64,000 bases of DNA from an uncultured Methanosarcinales archaeon (lineage in GTDB: Archaea; Nanobdellota; Nanobdellia; Woesearchaeales; BS150m-G63): the NCBI GenBank assembly GCA_964630685.1, contig CAZVVW010000003.1, forward strand, positions 32,110 to 96,109. The letters run 5' to 3'. A program made the position numbers and the translations under genes. Shown here one piece after another: positions 46,789 to 56,357 of this stretch (position 1 is the first letter of the stretch; each line of letters starts with the position of its first letter). The notes under the pieces are model-generated. The model searched no databases. It was given only the letters and a program-made list of their open reading frames with translations, and was not told the origin of the DNA.

Positions 46789-48123
46789 ATGATAGAAATA
46801 TGTACTGTTGGTGGTTATAATGAAGTTGGAAAGAATATGACTGCTGTAAAGGTGGACGATGAAGTGGTTATATTAGATATGGGGCTTTATCTTGAAAAAT
46901 ATATTAGGTATACTGCAGATGAGGATATTGTGAATATGAGTGGTATTGATTTGATTAAGGTTGGTGCTGTTCCAAATATCAATAAAATAAAAGATTGGTG
47001 GGGAAAAGTTAAGGCGATTGTTCCAACTCATGCCCATTTAGACCATATTGGGGCAATTCCTTTTTTAGCGGGTAATTTTAATGCCCCTGTTATTGGCACC
47101 CCTTTTACCATAGAGGTGTTAAAACTTATTCTAAAAAATGAAAAAATAAAATTGAAGAACCAATTAAAAGTGCTTGGTTCTGGTATGACATTGAGGATTT
47201 CTAAAAATATTGAAATTGAATTTATTAATATTACTCACTCTACCCCTCAAACTGTGATGATTGCCATCCATACTAAATATGGAATTATAATATATGCAAA
47301 TGATTTCAAATTTGATAAATTTCCCGTACTGGGAGAGAAGCCAGATTTCAAAAGATTGGAACAATTAGGTAAAAAAGGGGTTATTGGGTTAATTGTTGAT
47401 TCTACTTATGCTAGTTCTGCAAAAAAAACTCCTTCCGAAAGTGTGGCGAGAGAAATGTTGAAAGATGTTTTACTTGGAACTGATTCCAAGAAAAGGGCAA
47501 TCATTGTAACTACTTTTTCGTCTCATTTGGCCAGATTAAAGAGTATAATTGAATTTGGTAAAAAATTAAATAGGAAAATTATTTTTATGGGTCGAAGTTT
47601 GGGGAGATATACTGAAGCGGGAGAAAATGTTGGGTTGATTAAATTTTCAAAAGATGTTGAGATTGTTAAATATTCCAAGAAAATAAAAAAGAAATTTAGA
47701 TCTATAAGTAAAAATATCCATAAATATTTATTGGTTGTTACTGGCCATCAAGGAGAATTAAATGCTACATTATCTAAAATGGTGGATCAAGATATTGGAT
47801 ATAAATTGAAACCTGAAGACCACATCATATTTTCTTGTACTACAATCCCTACACCAACTAATATTGCCAATAGAACTGCACTTGAAGAGAAATTGAAGGG
47901 TTTTGGGGTTAGGATTTTTAAAGAAATTCATGTTAGCGGACATGCTGCAAGAGAAGATTTAAGAGATTTAATTAATTTAGTTAAACCTCAACACATAATT
48001 CCTGCGCATGGTGAATTAAAAATGACTTCTGCTTTATCTGATTTAGCATCTGAAATGGGTTATGATTTGGGTGAAAATGTACATGTAATGATGGACGGAC
48101 AAAAGCTCAAAATTAAGGGTTAA
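46789..48123 (+). CDS. rnj: Ribonuclease J (metallo-beta-lactamase/beta-CASP)
   Basis: GGYNEVGKNM, THAHLDHIG, HSTP, HVSGHA, IPAHG. Confidence 0.93.
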   Translation: MIEICTVGGYNEVGKNMTAVKVDDEVVILDMGLYLEKYIRYTADEDIVNMSGIDLIKVGAVPNINKIKDWWGKVKAIVPTHAHLDHIGAIPFLAGNFNAPVIGTPFTIEVLKLILKNEKIKLKNQLKVLGSGMTLRISKNIEIEFINITHSTPQTVMIAIHTKYGIIIYANDFKFDKFPVLGEKPDFKRLEQLGKKGVIGLIVDSTYASSAKKTPSESVAREMLKDVLLGTDSKKRAIIVTTFSSHLARLKSIIEFGKKLNRKIIFMGRSLGRYTEAGENVGLIKFSKDVEIVKYSKKIKKKFRSISKNIHKYLLVVTGHQGELNATLSKMVDQDIGYKLKPEDHIIFSCTTIPTPTNIANRTALEEKLKGFGVRIFKEIHVSGHAAREDLRDLINLVKPQHIIPAHGELKMTSALSDLASEMGYDLGENVHVMMDGQKLKIKG

Positions 48124-48190
48124 AAAACGTAGGATTTATATATGTGTTAGGATAATTATTGAGTAGTAATATTAAAAGTGGGGGATTAAA

Positions 48191-48943
48191 ATGAGATTAA
48201 GTTTAGCTGAACCAAAATACCTAAAAGAAAGTATATCTATAATTTCTGATCTAGTTAATGAAGGAAGATTTAAAATTACTAAAGATGCTATTGAATTAGT
48301 TGCTATGGACCCTGCCAATGTGGCTATGGTTATATTCAAATTACTATCTAGTTCTTTTGTTGAGTATGATGTTAAAGAAGAAATTGAAATTGCTGTAAAT
48401 TTAAGCAATATGAAACAAATTTTACGTAGAACAAAAGCTAATGATACTCTCACTTTAGAATTAGATTCAAAAAACAAATTACTTATGGAATTAAGAGGAC
48501 ATACAACTAGAACTTTTAGTTTGCCTTTAATAGACATAGAAGGAAAGGAACAAAAAATACCTGATTTAACTTTTTCTTCAACTGTTGAAACTGGTGCAGA
48601 TATTTTAAATGATGCTATAGAAGATGTCGATGTTGTAGGTGAATCAGTTAGTTTTATTGCAGATAAAAACATTTTTACAGTATCTTCAGAAGGAGATTTG
48701 AGCAAAGCTAATATTGTGATTAAAATAGGTGATGATACCTCTATTAAATGTGAATCCGAGGACAAGATTAAATCTAAATATAGCATAGAATATTTAAAAA
48801 AGATGATTGGAGGATCTAAATTGACAGAAAAAGGAAATGTATTAATCCAATTTGGAAAAGATTACCCTCTTAAATTAAGCTATAAAACATTAAATAAAGT
48901 TCAATTATCTTTTGTACTTGCACCAAGAGTAGAAAACGATTAA
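48191..48943 (+). CDS. pcn: DNA polymerase sliding clamp PCNA
   Basis: AMDPANVAM, F.LPLID, Y..EYL and F.LAPR motifs. Confidence 0.97.
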   Translation: MRLSLAEPKYLKESISIISDLVNEGRFKITKDAIELVAMDPANVAMVIFKLLSSSFVEYDVKEEIEIAVNLSNMKQILRRTKANDTLTLELDSKNKLLMELRGHTTRTFSLPLIDIEGKEQKIPDLTFSSTVETGADILNDAIEDVDVVGESVSFIADKNIFTVSSEGDLSKANIVIKIGDDTSIKCESEDKIKSKYSIEYLKKMIGGSKLTEKGNVLIQFGKDYPLKLSYKTLNKVQLSFVLAPRVEND

Positions 48944-49286
48944 TAGCTTGGTTTGAAAACCCTAAAGCCAGTATGAACTTTGGGGCCAAACTGGTGTTTT
49001 TAGTCGGCAAATACTAACATATTTATCTTCTAATTCTCCCATTACCTTATAGCGAAACGTTTAGTCTTTATAAAGACATTGTTCTCAACTCTGGTTTCCA
49101 CGCTAAATTTACATTCTGGCTGATGTGGGATAAAATAATATAAAGAAAGAAACAAGTATTCAATTATTAGATAAGAAATTGGCATTACTGCCTGTTTTGA
49201 TAATTAAGTTCTGCCTCTAAGTGGTTGAGGTTTATGGAGCAAATGGATGCTCCGTAGTATAAAAAACTTTGGAGGTAGAACTAAGA

Positions 49287-49604
49287 ATGCAGATAATAAC
49301 ATCTGATGATCTCACTAAAGAATTTGAGGTCCAGACTATAAAATGCAGAAAACTTGGAAATCAGCATACTTTCTATGTTCCAACGATCAATGCAAGTAAC
49401 TTTTTTGGGAATGGCTTAGAAGTCTTTCCAACGAGATATAGGGATGAGCAGGAGCAGTTGGGGTTGGCTTTTTTTCTTGATATGCCAAAGGATTACTTCT
49501 ACAAACCCTATAAGGTATACAAGCTAAAGAGACCTTACAAGCTTGCAGATGGCTCTTTAGTCTCATCTTCTTTTACCTCCAATTGTTTTTTTACAAGATC
49601 ATGA
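49287..49604 (+). CDS. Small protein with AbrB/SpoVT-like swapped-hairpin motif
   Basis: GGAGGT SD before ATG 49287; KCRKLGNQHTFYVP resembles the AbrB RKxGNSxxITIP motif. Confidence 0.5.
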   Translation: MQIITSDDLTKEFEVQTIKCRKLGNQHTFYVPTINASNFFGNGLEVFPTRYRDEQEQLGLAFFLDMPKDYFYKPYKVYKLKRPYKLADGSLVSSSFTSNCFFTRS

Positions 49605-51076
49605 GCTTTGCATTTTCCAACAATCACATCTTCATGATTCTCATATCGTTCTAGCAAAATAGTTTCTTCATTCAAGTCTTTGATCTGTTTGTCTTTGTCA
49701 TACGCAATGCCCATCTCGTTACAGTATGCTATGATCTTCTCAATTTTCTTAGAATACAATAATAAACAACCAGTTTGTCTAGCCCAATCAAATAGCTTAA
49801 TCCCCATTGGATTGTTCATAATCAGTACTGGTCGCAAAGAATTAAATTGAGGAATCTTTCTCATGTCAAATGAATATCCTTGAGACATACAACCAATCAT
49901 CGAGGTAATGTACCTCTTTCCTGCCATTCCCAAATATCTGCCTTTTTTGTCTCGCTTGATAGAAACAGCATATCCAGAAATAGGCACACCCATGATATCA
50001 TCATAAACATAAATCAGGTAATCAACTGGATCATTATCAAACTTCCAAACATCAACCAAACGCTTACCTTTCTCGTCTGTGTACTTATGTATGCTATCTT
50101 TATTGAACCAGCTAGGTATTTTCTTAGGGAAGTCCGCATTAAGCCTTATTTGTAGCTTATATCGCTTAATAAGATACATTACAAAGTAAAAGATAGCTTG
50201 CTCCTCAAAAGCAAAACCCAAAGTAGAATTATCAAGAATACTCTTTACAACTTCTTTTTTATGAATCTTTGGGACAAGTTCAGCAATTAGCTTCTCAGGT
50301 CGAGAAGGATTGTAATAATATCGCCTTTGCTTATAGGTATAAATTTTTACCCAGCTCACGCTTGCCAGCCTATAGATAAACCACGACTTGACAACATCTT
50401 CATCAAGCTTATATTTCACCTTGAGAACATCAATTGGATAAATCTCATTCGACTGAATGATATCTAAATAAGCAGTTCGAACTTCTTTAGGCATGAGATC
50501 AATCACTTTCAACCTAACTGCATCTTCATTCCTACCATACACATAACCAGGCTTTCTACCATGAATCATCTGCTTACCCGGAATAGTAAACTCACTCCGA
50601 TTGATCTTATTCGCAAGAAATAACTCCCGAATACACTGATACGTGTAATCCCAGTTTTTGTAATCTTCCATAGAAGGATAATCCTTCAACTGATAAAACA
50701 CCTCAGCTAATGTCAACCCAGTTTTGTTGTTCTGAAAAATCTCAAAAATCTTGCCCTTGATGCCAACAAATAAATCCTCAATATCAACTGCATTCTTCAA
50801 CTTCTCAATCTTCTTTCTTACTTCCTCTTCATTTACCCCATACACAAAAGAACGAGAACACATCCGCTTCTTAGACTGCACCCTCTCCTTGCTCTTCACA
50901 ATCAAATCATTCTTAAGAATCTGCTTCAAATAACTCGAAACATGATGCTTCTTCAAAGACGTATTCTTAAACTCCTCAGCAATCTCAGAACTAATCACAG
51001 CACGCTTTCGAACAATATACTTGTAAATCTTATACGTGAATCCTCCCGTATTGAACATTACGTTTTTGTCTGCCAA
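49535..51076 (-). CDS. Multi winged-helix protein with C-terminal Mrr-like PD-(D/E)xK nuclease domain
   Basis: Two wHTH repeats ending (F/Y)VYG(V/R)NE(E/D).VR.K and a third wHTH; then LGFAFEEQ, PVDYLI, AVSIKR, and DWARQTGCLLL. Confidence 0.65.
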   Translation of the reverse strand: MADKNVMFNTGGFTYKIYKYIVRKRAVISSEIAEEFKNTSLKKHHVSSYLKQILKNDLIVKSKERVQSKKRMCSRSFVYGVNEEEVRKKIEKLKNAVDIEDLFVGIKGKIFEIFQNNKTGLTLAEVFYQLKDYPSMEDYKNWDYTYQCIRELFLANKINRSEFTIPGKQMIHGRKPGYVYGRNEDAVRLKVIDLMPKEVRTAYLDIIQSNEIYPIDVLKVKYKLDEDVVKSWFIYRLASVSWVKIYTYKQRRYYYNPSRPEKLIAELVPKIHKKEVVKSILDNSTLGFAFEEQAIFYFVMYLIKRYKLQIRLNADFPKKIPSWFNKDSIHKYTDEKGKRLVDVWKFDNDPVDYLIYVYDDIMGVPISGYAVSIKRDKKGRYLGMAGKRYITSMIGCMSQGYSFDMRKIPQFNSLRPVLIMNNPMGIKLFDWARQTGCLLLYSKKIEKIIAYCNEMGIAYDKDKQIKDLNEETILLERYENHEDVIVGKCKAHDLVKKQLEVKEDETKEPSASL

Positions 51077-51281
51077 TTTATCCTACCTACTACAGTAATT
51101 GACAGAATTAGATTGGATAAATAGTTAGTTCGCCTATCTTCGACAGGAGTTTGCCTATTTCGAAAAACATTTATACATTAGCCGTATTCAACGGTTATGG
51201 GGTTGAATATGATTAAATGGGTTTGGATTTGTTTTCTTTTTTTATTTTTTGTTATTCTATTTTTTATTGTTTTTAGTTGAT

Positions 51282-51920
51282 CTATTTGATGTAAGCTTTT
51301 TCTATGATTATATCTTCAACAGGCCAATCTCCCATGCCATTTTTGGTGATGGTTTTTACTGATTTTATCTGATTTACTATTTCCATCCCGCTTACCGCTT
51401 TTCCAAATACTGCGTAACCAGGATTTCCTGGAGCGTAATTTAAGAAATCATTATCTTTTACATTTATGAAAAACTGAGAGGTTGCGCTATCTTGGATCAT
51501 TGTTCTTGCCATTGCTATTGTTCCCAAGTCATTTGTGAGGCCATTATTTGATTCTAGCTTAATTGGTAAATCTACTGGTTTTTGATTTCCATCTGGAGTA
51601 AACCCCCCTCCCTGAATCATAAAATCGTTGATTACTCTATGGAATACTGTACCATCATAGTGTCCTTTTTTCACATAATTAATGAAATTCTCAACTGTAA
51701 GTGGGGATTTATTAGGGTATAATTCTATTTCTATATTTCCTTTATTTGTTTCTAAAATTACATTGTTTGTATTTGCATTATCTGTGTTTGTATTATCCAT
51801 GTTTGCATCACCTGTTTGTTTGAATATTAATAAGAAAAATGCTAAAATTGCTATAATAAATACTGCTATGTGAATTGATTTTTTATGTTTTTTATAATGT
51901 TTTTTATAATGTTTTTTCAT
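51282..51920 (-). CDS. ppiA: Membrane-anchored cyclophilin-type peptidyl-prolyl isomerase
   Basis: FHRVINDFMIQGGG, GTIAMART, SQFFIN, GYAVFG; N-terminal TM helix. Confidence 0.93.
   Translation of the reverse strand: MKKHYKKHYKKHKKSIHIAVFIIAILAFFLLIFKQTGDANMDNTNTDNANTNNVILETNKGNIEIELYPNKSPLTVENFINYVKKGHYDGTVFHRVINDFMIQGGGFTPDGNQKPVDLPIKLESNNGLTNDLGTIAMARTMIQDSATSQFFINVKDNDFLNYAPGNPGYAVFGKAVSGMEIVNQIKSVKTITKNGMGDWPVEDIIIEKAYIK
51885..51917. repeat. 12-bp tandem repeat encoding KKHY-KKHY-KKH
   Basis: Minus strand aaaaaacattat twice plus aaaaaacat. Confidence 0.85.
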
Positions 51921-51930
51921 ATTAATGTTT

Positions 51931-53715
51931 TTATTTTTTAGTGTGTTTCTTTTTTATAAATTTAGGTAGTTGTAACCTTAATAAATGTTGTCTTTTGAAG
52001 AATTCTACAAGCAATAAAGAGACTGCAAAAAAGATTGCTATATAACTTAAAAGAATTAAAATATTGTTGCCCAAGGAATTTATTCCTTTTCCAAAAAGTA
52101 TTGATTTTCTTAAAAGTGTGCTACTAATCATAAAAGGATTTAGTTTTGCAAATTGAAGTATGTTTTGAGGCATACTTTCTAATGGAATTATTAGATCTGA
52201 AATAATAAACATTATGCTACTTAAGGAAACTGCACCTAGGGTGGATGTTTCCCTTGATCTAAATAAATATCCTATAAACATTCCTATTATTATAAACATT
52301 GTAGTGATTAATATAGATAGAAGAATTATTGTTAAAAAATTTGAAGAGAACACTGTGATTGGTATCTTGAAAACTAAAAGGCTAATTATGAATAAAATAA
52401 ATAATTGGAAGGTCATTATTACCATGCAAGTAATATATGTTGAAAAAAAGAAAATTGTACTATTTGTGGGAGTTATATTATTTCTAAAGTGTGCTTTGGA
52501 TGTTTTTTCCATCATAACTAAACTAGAAGCAAGTAAGATTGCTATAAACATTATCATTAAAGCTATTAAACTTGGAAAAAAGTAATTTAGGTGGCTTTTT
52601 TCAGTGGTGATTGGTTTGATTGTTGTTGTTATGGGATTCACTATTGTTCTTGCATCTTTTGAACTTATTGAAGAAAGGCTTGTTTTAATTTTAGAAATAG
52701 ATGTCTGAAGAGCTAAGAGTGATGCTCTGCTAGAACCTATTTTTTCCTCTAAAAACTCTATCTTGGTTAGACTTGTGGATTTTGAACTTGACGCTGTGCT
52801 TAATCTTGATTTAAGAGACGCGAGATTTTGGGAAAGTGTGCTAATTAAAGAGCTTATCTGATTTGATTGATTATGAGATTGATTGTAATTATGAGTTATA
52901 TTATTCCTTAAAGAAATTGTATTTGTTTCTATATCTGTCGTTATTGCTGTTATGCTGTCTTTTTCGGAACTTGAAATATTGAGTGCATTTACTTCTGATT
53001 CTACATCTGAAATTAAATCTGTTATATCATCTGTAATATTAATTCCTTTATATTCTAACGTGTTGAATAAATCATCTATCTGAGAATTTTTTGATGTTAT
53101 GCTTGTGGTAGAAAACTCGCTATCGCTAAAAGATACGTCCATTGTGTTTATTTTTTCTTTTAGTGATTCTAATTCTGTGGCGATATCATTATTTTTATTT
53201 ATCAGTGCATTTATGATGCTGTCTTTATCTGCCATCTCTGTTTCTGTTTCTTGCAATTTATCTATAATTGATGTTGTTAGGTTTAAACTCAATTCTGAAC
53301 TGCTTTCTGATAATTTGGAAGTTATGGTGTCTTTTACCATCCAAACTAAATTAATTTTAGAATAATCTACATAAAATGTGAGTTGATTTTGTGATTTATT
53401 TAAAGAAAGATTGGGTGGAAAAATTAGGCAAACATGAAAATGTCCTTCTTTTACTTTATTTATGCATGCTTCTTCTGTTATTGTTTTTAAGACTGTAAAT
53501 TGTTCTGTCTTTAAATTTTCTATAAAAGATTCTGTTAAATCTGTGTAGCCTTCTGAAAAAACACCAATGTTCATGCTGTAAGTGTTTGTATTATTAAACG
53601 CTAAACCAGTTAAGAGCATAATTAATAAAGGGCCGATAATAATTATTAGTGCAGAAGTTTTAGATCTAGCTAAAAGTTTAAAGTTCTTTCCTATTAGTTT
53701 GAATAATTTTTTCAT
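51931..53715 (-). CDS. ABC-2 type permease with large extracellular coiled-coil
   Basis: N-terminal TM, S/T/N-rich helical ectodomain, C-terminal ABC2_membrane segments (FFPSLIALMIMF; IIPLESMP). Confidence 0.88.
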   Translation of the reverse strand: MKKLFKLIGKNFKLLARSKTSALIIIIGPLLIMLLTGLAFNNTNTYSMNIGVFSEGYTDLTESFIENLKTEQFTVLKTITEEACINKVKEGHFHVCLIFPPNLSLNKSQNQLTFYVDYSKINLVWMVKDTITSKLSESSSELSLNLTTSIIDKLQETETEMADKDSIINALINKNNDIATELESLKEKINTMDVSFSDSEFSTTSITSKNSQIDDLFNTLEYKGINITDDITDLISDVESEVNALNISSSEKDSITAITTDIETNTISLRNNITHNYNQSHNQSNQISSLISTLSQNLASLKSRLSTASSSKSTSLTKIEFLEEKIGSSRASLLALQTSISKIKTSLSSISSKDARTIVNPITTTIKPITTEKSHLNYFFPSLIALMIMFIAILLASSLVMMEKTSKAHFRNNITPTNSTIFFFSTYITCMVIMTFQLFILFIISLLVFKIPITVFSSNFLTIILLSILITTMFIIIGMFIGYLFRSRETSTLGAVSLSSIMFIISDLIIPLESMPQNILQFAKLNPFMISSTLLRKSILFGKGINSLGNNILILLSYIAIFFAVSLLLVEFFKRQHLLRLQLPKFIKKKHTKK

Positions 53716-53722
53716 TATCCCC

Positions 53723-54679
53723 TTATTTTTTAGATACTAATGATTCAAACACCTCTGCTAATGATGGTTTGTTGAGGTCTATATCCAATAACGTTTCTTT
53801 ATTTTTTTCTATGATATGGAGTAAGGTGTGAAGTACTTTTTCTGCTTCGGGTGTGTAGATTATTAATTTAGATTCTTTGTTTAAGGTTTTTGGTATGGGG
53901 AGATTTTTCTCCTTTAATTCGGCCACCATTTTATCATAATTACCAGGTAAAGATTCTAAATGAATTTCAGTATTTTGAGTATACTCTTGTTTCACTTTAT
54001 CTACTGTGCCTTCTTTTATAATCTCCCCGTTATTGATTATACAAATTCTATCACAAAACGTTTCTAACTCTGTTAAAAGTTGTGATGCTATAACTATTGT
54101 TGTGCCATTTTTATTTATCTTTTTTAGAATATCCCAAGTTTCTTTTCTTAATACAGGATCTAAATTAGATGTTGGTTCATCTAAAAATAATATTTTAGGG
54201 CTATGAATCAAAGAGCACGCAAAACAAAGTCTTTTTTGCATTCCTCCTGATATATCTTTTCCAAATGAATGTTTTGCCTCATCTAATTCTACTAATTTGA
54301 GTAAGACGTTAGTGTTTTCTATTCCAAATTTTTTTGGTAATCCATAAAGGGTTGCGAAATGCTCTAAATTTTCTTGTACTGTGAGCATAGAATGGAAAGA
54401 TGGGTCTTGAAAAGAATAACCAAATAATTTTTTGATTTCGTCTGGTTTTTGTGATAACTGGTAGAAATTATTTGATTTTTCTAATTTGTAAGATATCTTT
54501 CCAGTATCTGGGTTCAAAAGATCTGTAAGCAAATTCAAAAGTGTGCTTTTTCCAGAACCGCTCATGCCAATAATTCCATAAATTTCTCCTTGTTTGATTT
54601 CTAAATCTATATTTTTAAGAATTTTGTGTTTTCCGAATTTTTTGGATAAATTTTCAACTTTTATAATTGAATCTGACAT
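53723..54679 (-). CDS. ABC transporter ATP-binding protein
   Basis: GMSGSGKST, ISGGMQKR, LFLDEPT. Confidence 0.95.
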   Translation of the reverse strand: MSDSIIKVENLSKKFGKHKILKNIDLEIKQGEIYGIIGMSGSGKSTLLNLLTDLLNPDTGKISYKLEKSNNFYQLSQKPDEIKKLFGYSFQDPSFHSMLTVQENLEHFATLYGLPKKFGIENTNVLLKLVELDEAKHSFGKDISGGMQKRLCFACSLIHSPKILFLDEPTSNLDPVLRKETWDILKKINKNGTTIVIASQLLTELETFCDRICIINNGEIIKEGTVDKVKQEYTQNTEIHLESLPGNYDKMVAELKEKNLPIPKTLNKESKLIIYTPEAEKVLHTLLHIIEKNKETLLDIDLNKPSLAEVFESLVSKK

Positions 54680-54733
54680 ATAAATATTAAAAGTGGCTTT
54701 AGTTTTTAAAGTTAATTAGTTGCTTTATAGTAG

Positions 54734-55362
54734 TTAATTCTTTTTTCTGCTTTTGATTAGATCAATAATTACATAAATTAACATTGCAAATAGCGCTCCA
54801 TAGAGAAACCATAAAGCTATATTTGGGTGGGCTATTGCTTGAGATGTAACTGATGATGTTGTGTTGATTGTTGGTGCTGTTGCTGTTGCGCCTTCTGATA
54901 TCATATCTGCAGCCATGGTAGATTCTGTTGATATCGCCTTAAATGTAGAAGTTACTCCACCAAAAACATTTTTTGAAAAAGTGTATAAAAATCCTGATGC
55001 TAATAAAGATACGAGTGCTACTGGGAGTATTTTTTTTAGTTTTTTTTGCTAAATTAGGAGTTTCTTGAGGTGCAATAATTATAAATTTATTTGATATTTT
55101 GTAATGATCTACTTCTCTGCCTTTTTTTTGAATAATGAAATTCATCTATTTGGACTAATTTGTTCTCTAAAAGATGTTTTAAATTATAATGCACTGTAGA
55201 AATGGGTATGTTTAAGGATTCTGTGATTTTTGATTCTGTAGAATCTTTTTTATTTGTCAAAAAATCTAATATTTTCCTACAACTTTCATTACCAATTATT
55301 TGAGCTAATTTTTTTGCTTTGGATTCTTTTAGAGATACTAAAAGGAATGATTCGTCTGTCGT
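54734..55362 (-). pseudogene. Frameshifted membrane-anchored ArsR-type wHTH regulator (reconstructed 208 aa)
   Basis: ACG start (55362). One extra A in each of two A8 runs (55122-55129 and 55040-55047) splits the frame: TDESFLLVSL...LNIPISTVHYNLKHL...HYSKK / GREVDHY...LAKK / LKKILPVALVSLL...LWFLYGALF. Confidence 0.85.
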
Positions 55363-55485
55363 GATTGTTGTTTATGATTTGGGGTATTTAAAGATTGTTT
55401 AAATTTCAATTTGAATTGAAGTTATAATGATTATTTCTTGTTTTAAATAGTAAAATATTTATAGAAAAAAACATTAGTTATTATT

Positions 55486-55890
55486 ATGGACAAAATAGGC
55501 CTTCATACTAAAAAAAAGTATGATGTTGTTGATATAACTGAAGATATTGTTAAAATTGTTAATAATTCTGGTGTTGATAGTGGTACTTGTTTTATTTATG
55601 TTAGGCATACTACTTGTGCAGTTATAATCAATGAGAACTATGATCCTAATATTTGTGATGACTTTTTAGATGCTCTTTCTGAATTGATTCCTGAAGGGAA
55701 ATGGATGCACGACAAAATTGACAATAATGGGGCTGCACATATTAAGAGCTCAATTATTGGACCTAGTGAATTTGTGTTTATAAAATCTGGGAAGTTGAAA
55801 TTGAGTAAATGGCAAAATATAATGTTGTGTGATTTTGATGGCCCTAGAGATAGGGAGATTCTTGTGAAGGTGGTTAAAGATGAGATGTGA
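55486..55890 (+). CDS. yjbQ: YjbQ/UPF0047 family protein
   Basis: HTTCAV.INEN, HD..DNNGAAHIKS, WQ.I...DFDGPR.R. Confidence 0.92.
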   Translation: MDKIGLHTKKKYDVVDITEDIVKIVNNSGVDSGTCFIYVRHTTCAVIINENYDPNICDDFLDALSELIPEGKWMHDKIDNNGAAHIKSSIIGPSEFVFIKSGKLKLSKWQNIMLCDFDGPRDREILVKVVKDEM

Positions 55891-56350
55891 TATGTGTGGT
55901 AAGGAAAGTAGATTGTTTAAGACATTAATTGAAGGTGTCGAACTTAATGTGTGTGATAATTGCGCAAAATTTGGTGCTGTTGTTAAAGCCGTTGCTGTTG
56001 AAAATAAGATTTCTCACAAACAAAAAATTAAAGAAGTTAAAAGAAAAAAGGTTGAAGAAGTGATTGAATTAATTGTGTCTGGTTATGGAAAGATTATTAA
56101 ATCTAAAAGAGAGAACCTTGGTCTAAAACAAGAGGAATTGGCACAGAAGATTGCTGAAAAAGAATCGTTAATTCATAATATTGAATCTGAAAAATTTGAA
56201 CCAAGTATTGAATTGGCAAGAAAGCTTGAGAGATTTTTGAGAGTGGATTTGGTTGAACAACAGAAAGTTGGAAAGTTTGAATCAAAAGAAGATGATGGTA
56301 AAGGGATGACCTTGGGAGATTTAATGGATGCAAAAAAGAAGAGGAAATGA
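55880..56350 (+). CDS. mbf1: Archaeal multiprotein-bridging factor 1 (Zn ribbon + HTH)
   Basis: CDMCG...VCDNC plus RENLGLKQEELA HTH and MTLGD tail. Confidence 0.92.
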   Translation: MRCDMCGKESRLFKTLIEGVELNVCDNCAKFGAVVKAVAVENKISHKQKIKEVKRKKVEEVIELIVSGYGKIIKSKRENLGLKQEELAQKIAEKESLIHNIESEKFEPSIELARKLERFLRVDLVEQQKVGKFESKEDDGKGMTLGDLMDAKKKRK

Positions 56351-56357
56351 AATTAAA

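Larger units (their letters stand above)
48944..51215. mobile_element. Putative small foreign island between pcn and the cyclophilin gene (boundaries approximate)
   Basis: Visible shift to C-rich + strand and G-rich third codon positions relative to flanks; two orphan-like genes; no integrase or terminal repeats found. Confidence 0.5.

Noticed and set aside
48172-48786. 204-aa antisense ORF
   Set aside because: Shadow of pcn on the opposite strand with no recognisable motifs. The same applies to the other short antisense ORFs nested in housekeeping genes.
48960-49185. Two short minus-strand ORFs (47 and 26 aa) at the island's left end
   Set aside because: No SD and no recognisable motif; cannot be distinguished from chance.
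48944-51215. Terminal direct or inverted repeats defining the island
   Set aside because: Only ~6-bp matches (ggtttg; aaaccc/gggttt) were found, expected by chance in AT-rich DNA.
54734-55145. ORFs 54734-54916 and 54939-55145 as independent genes
   Set aside because: They are fragments of one frameshifted gene spanning 54734-55362.
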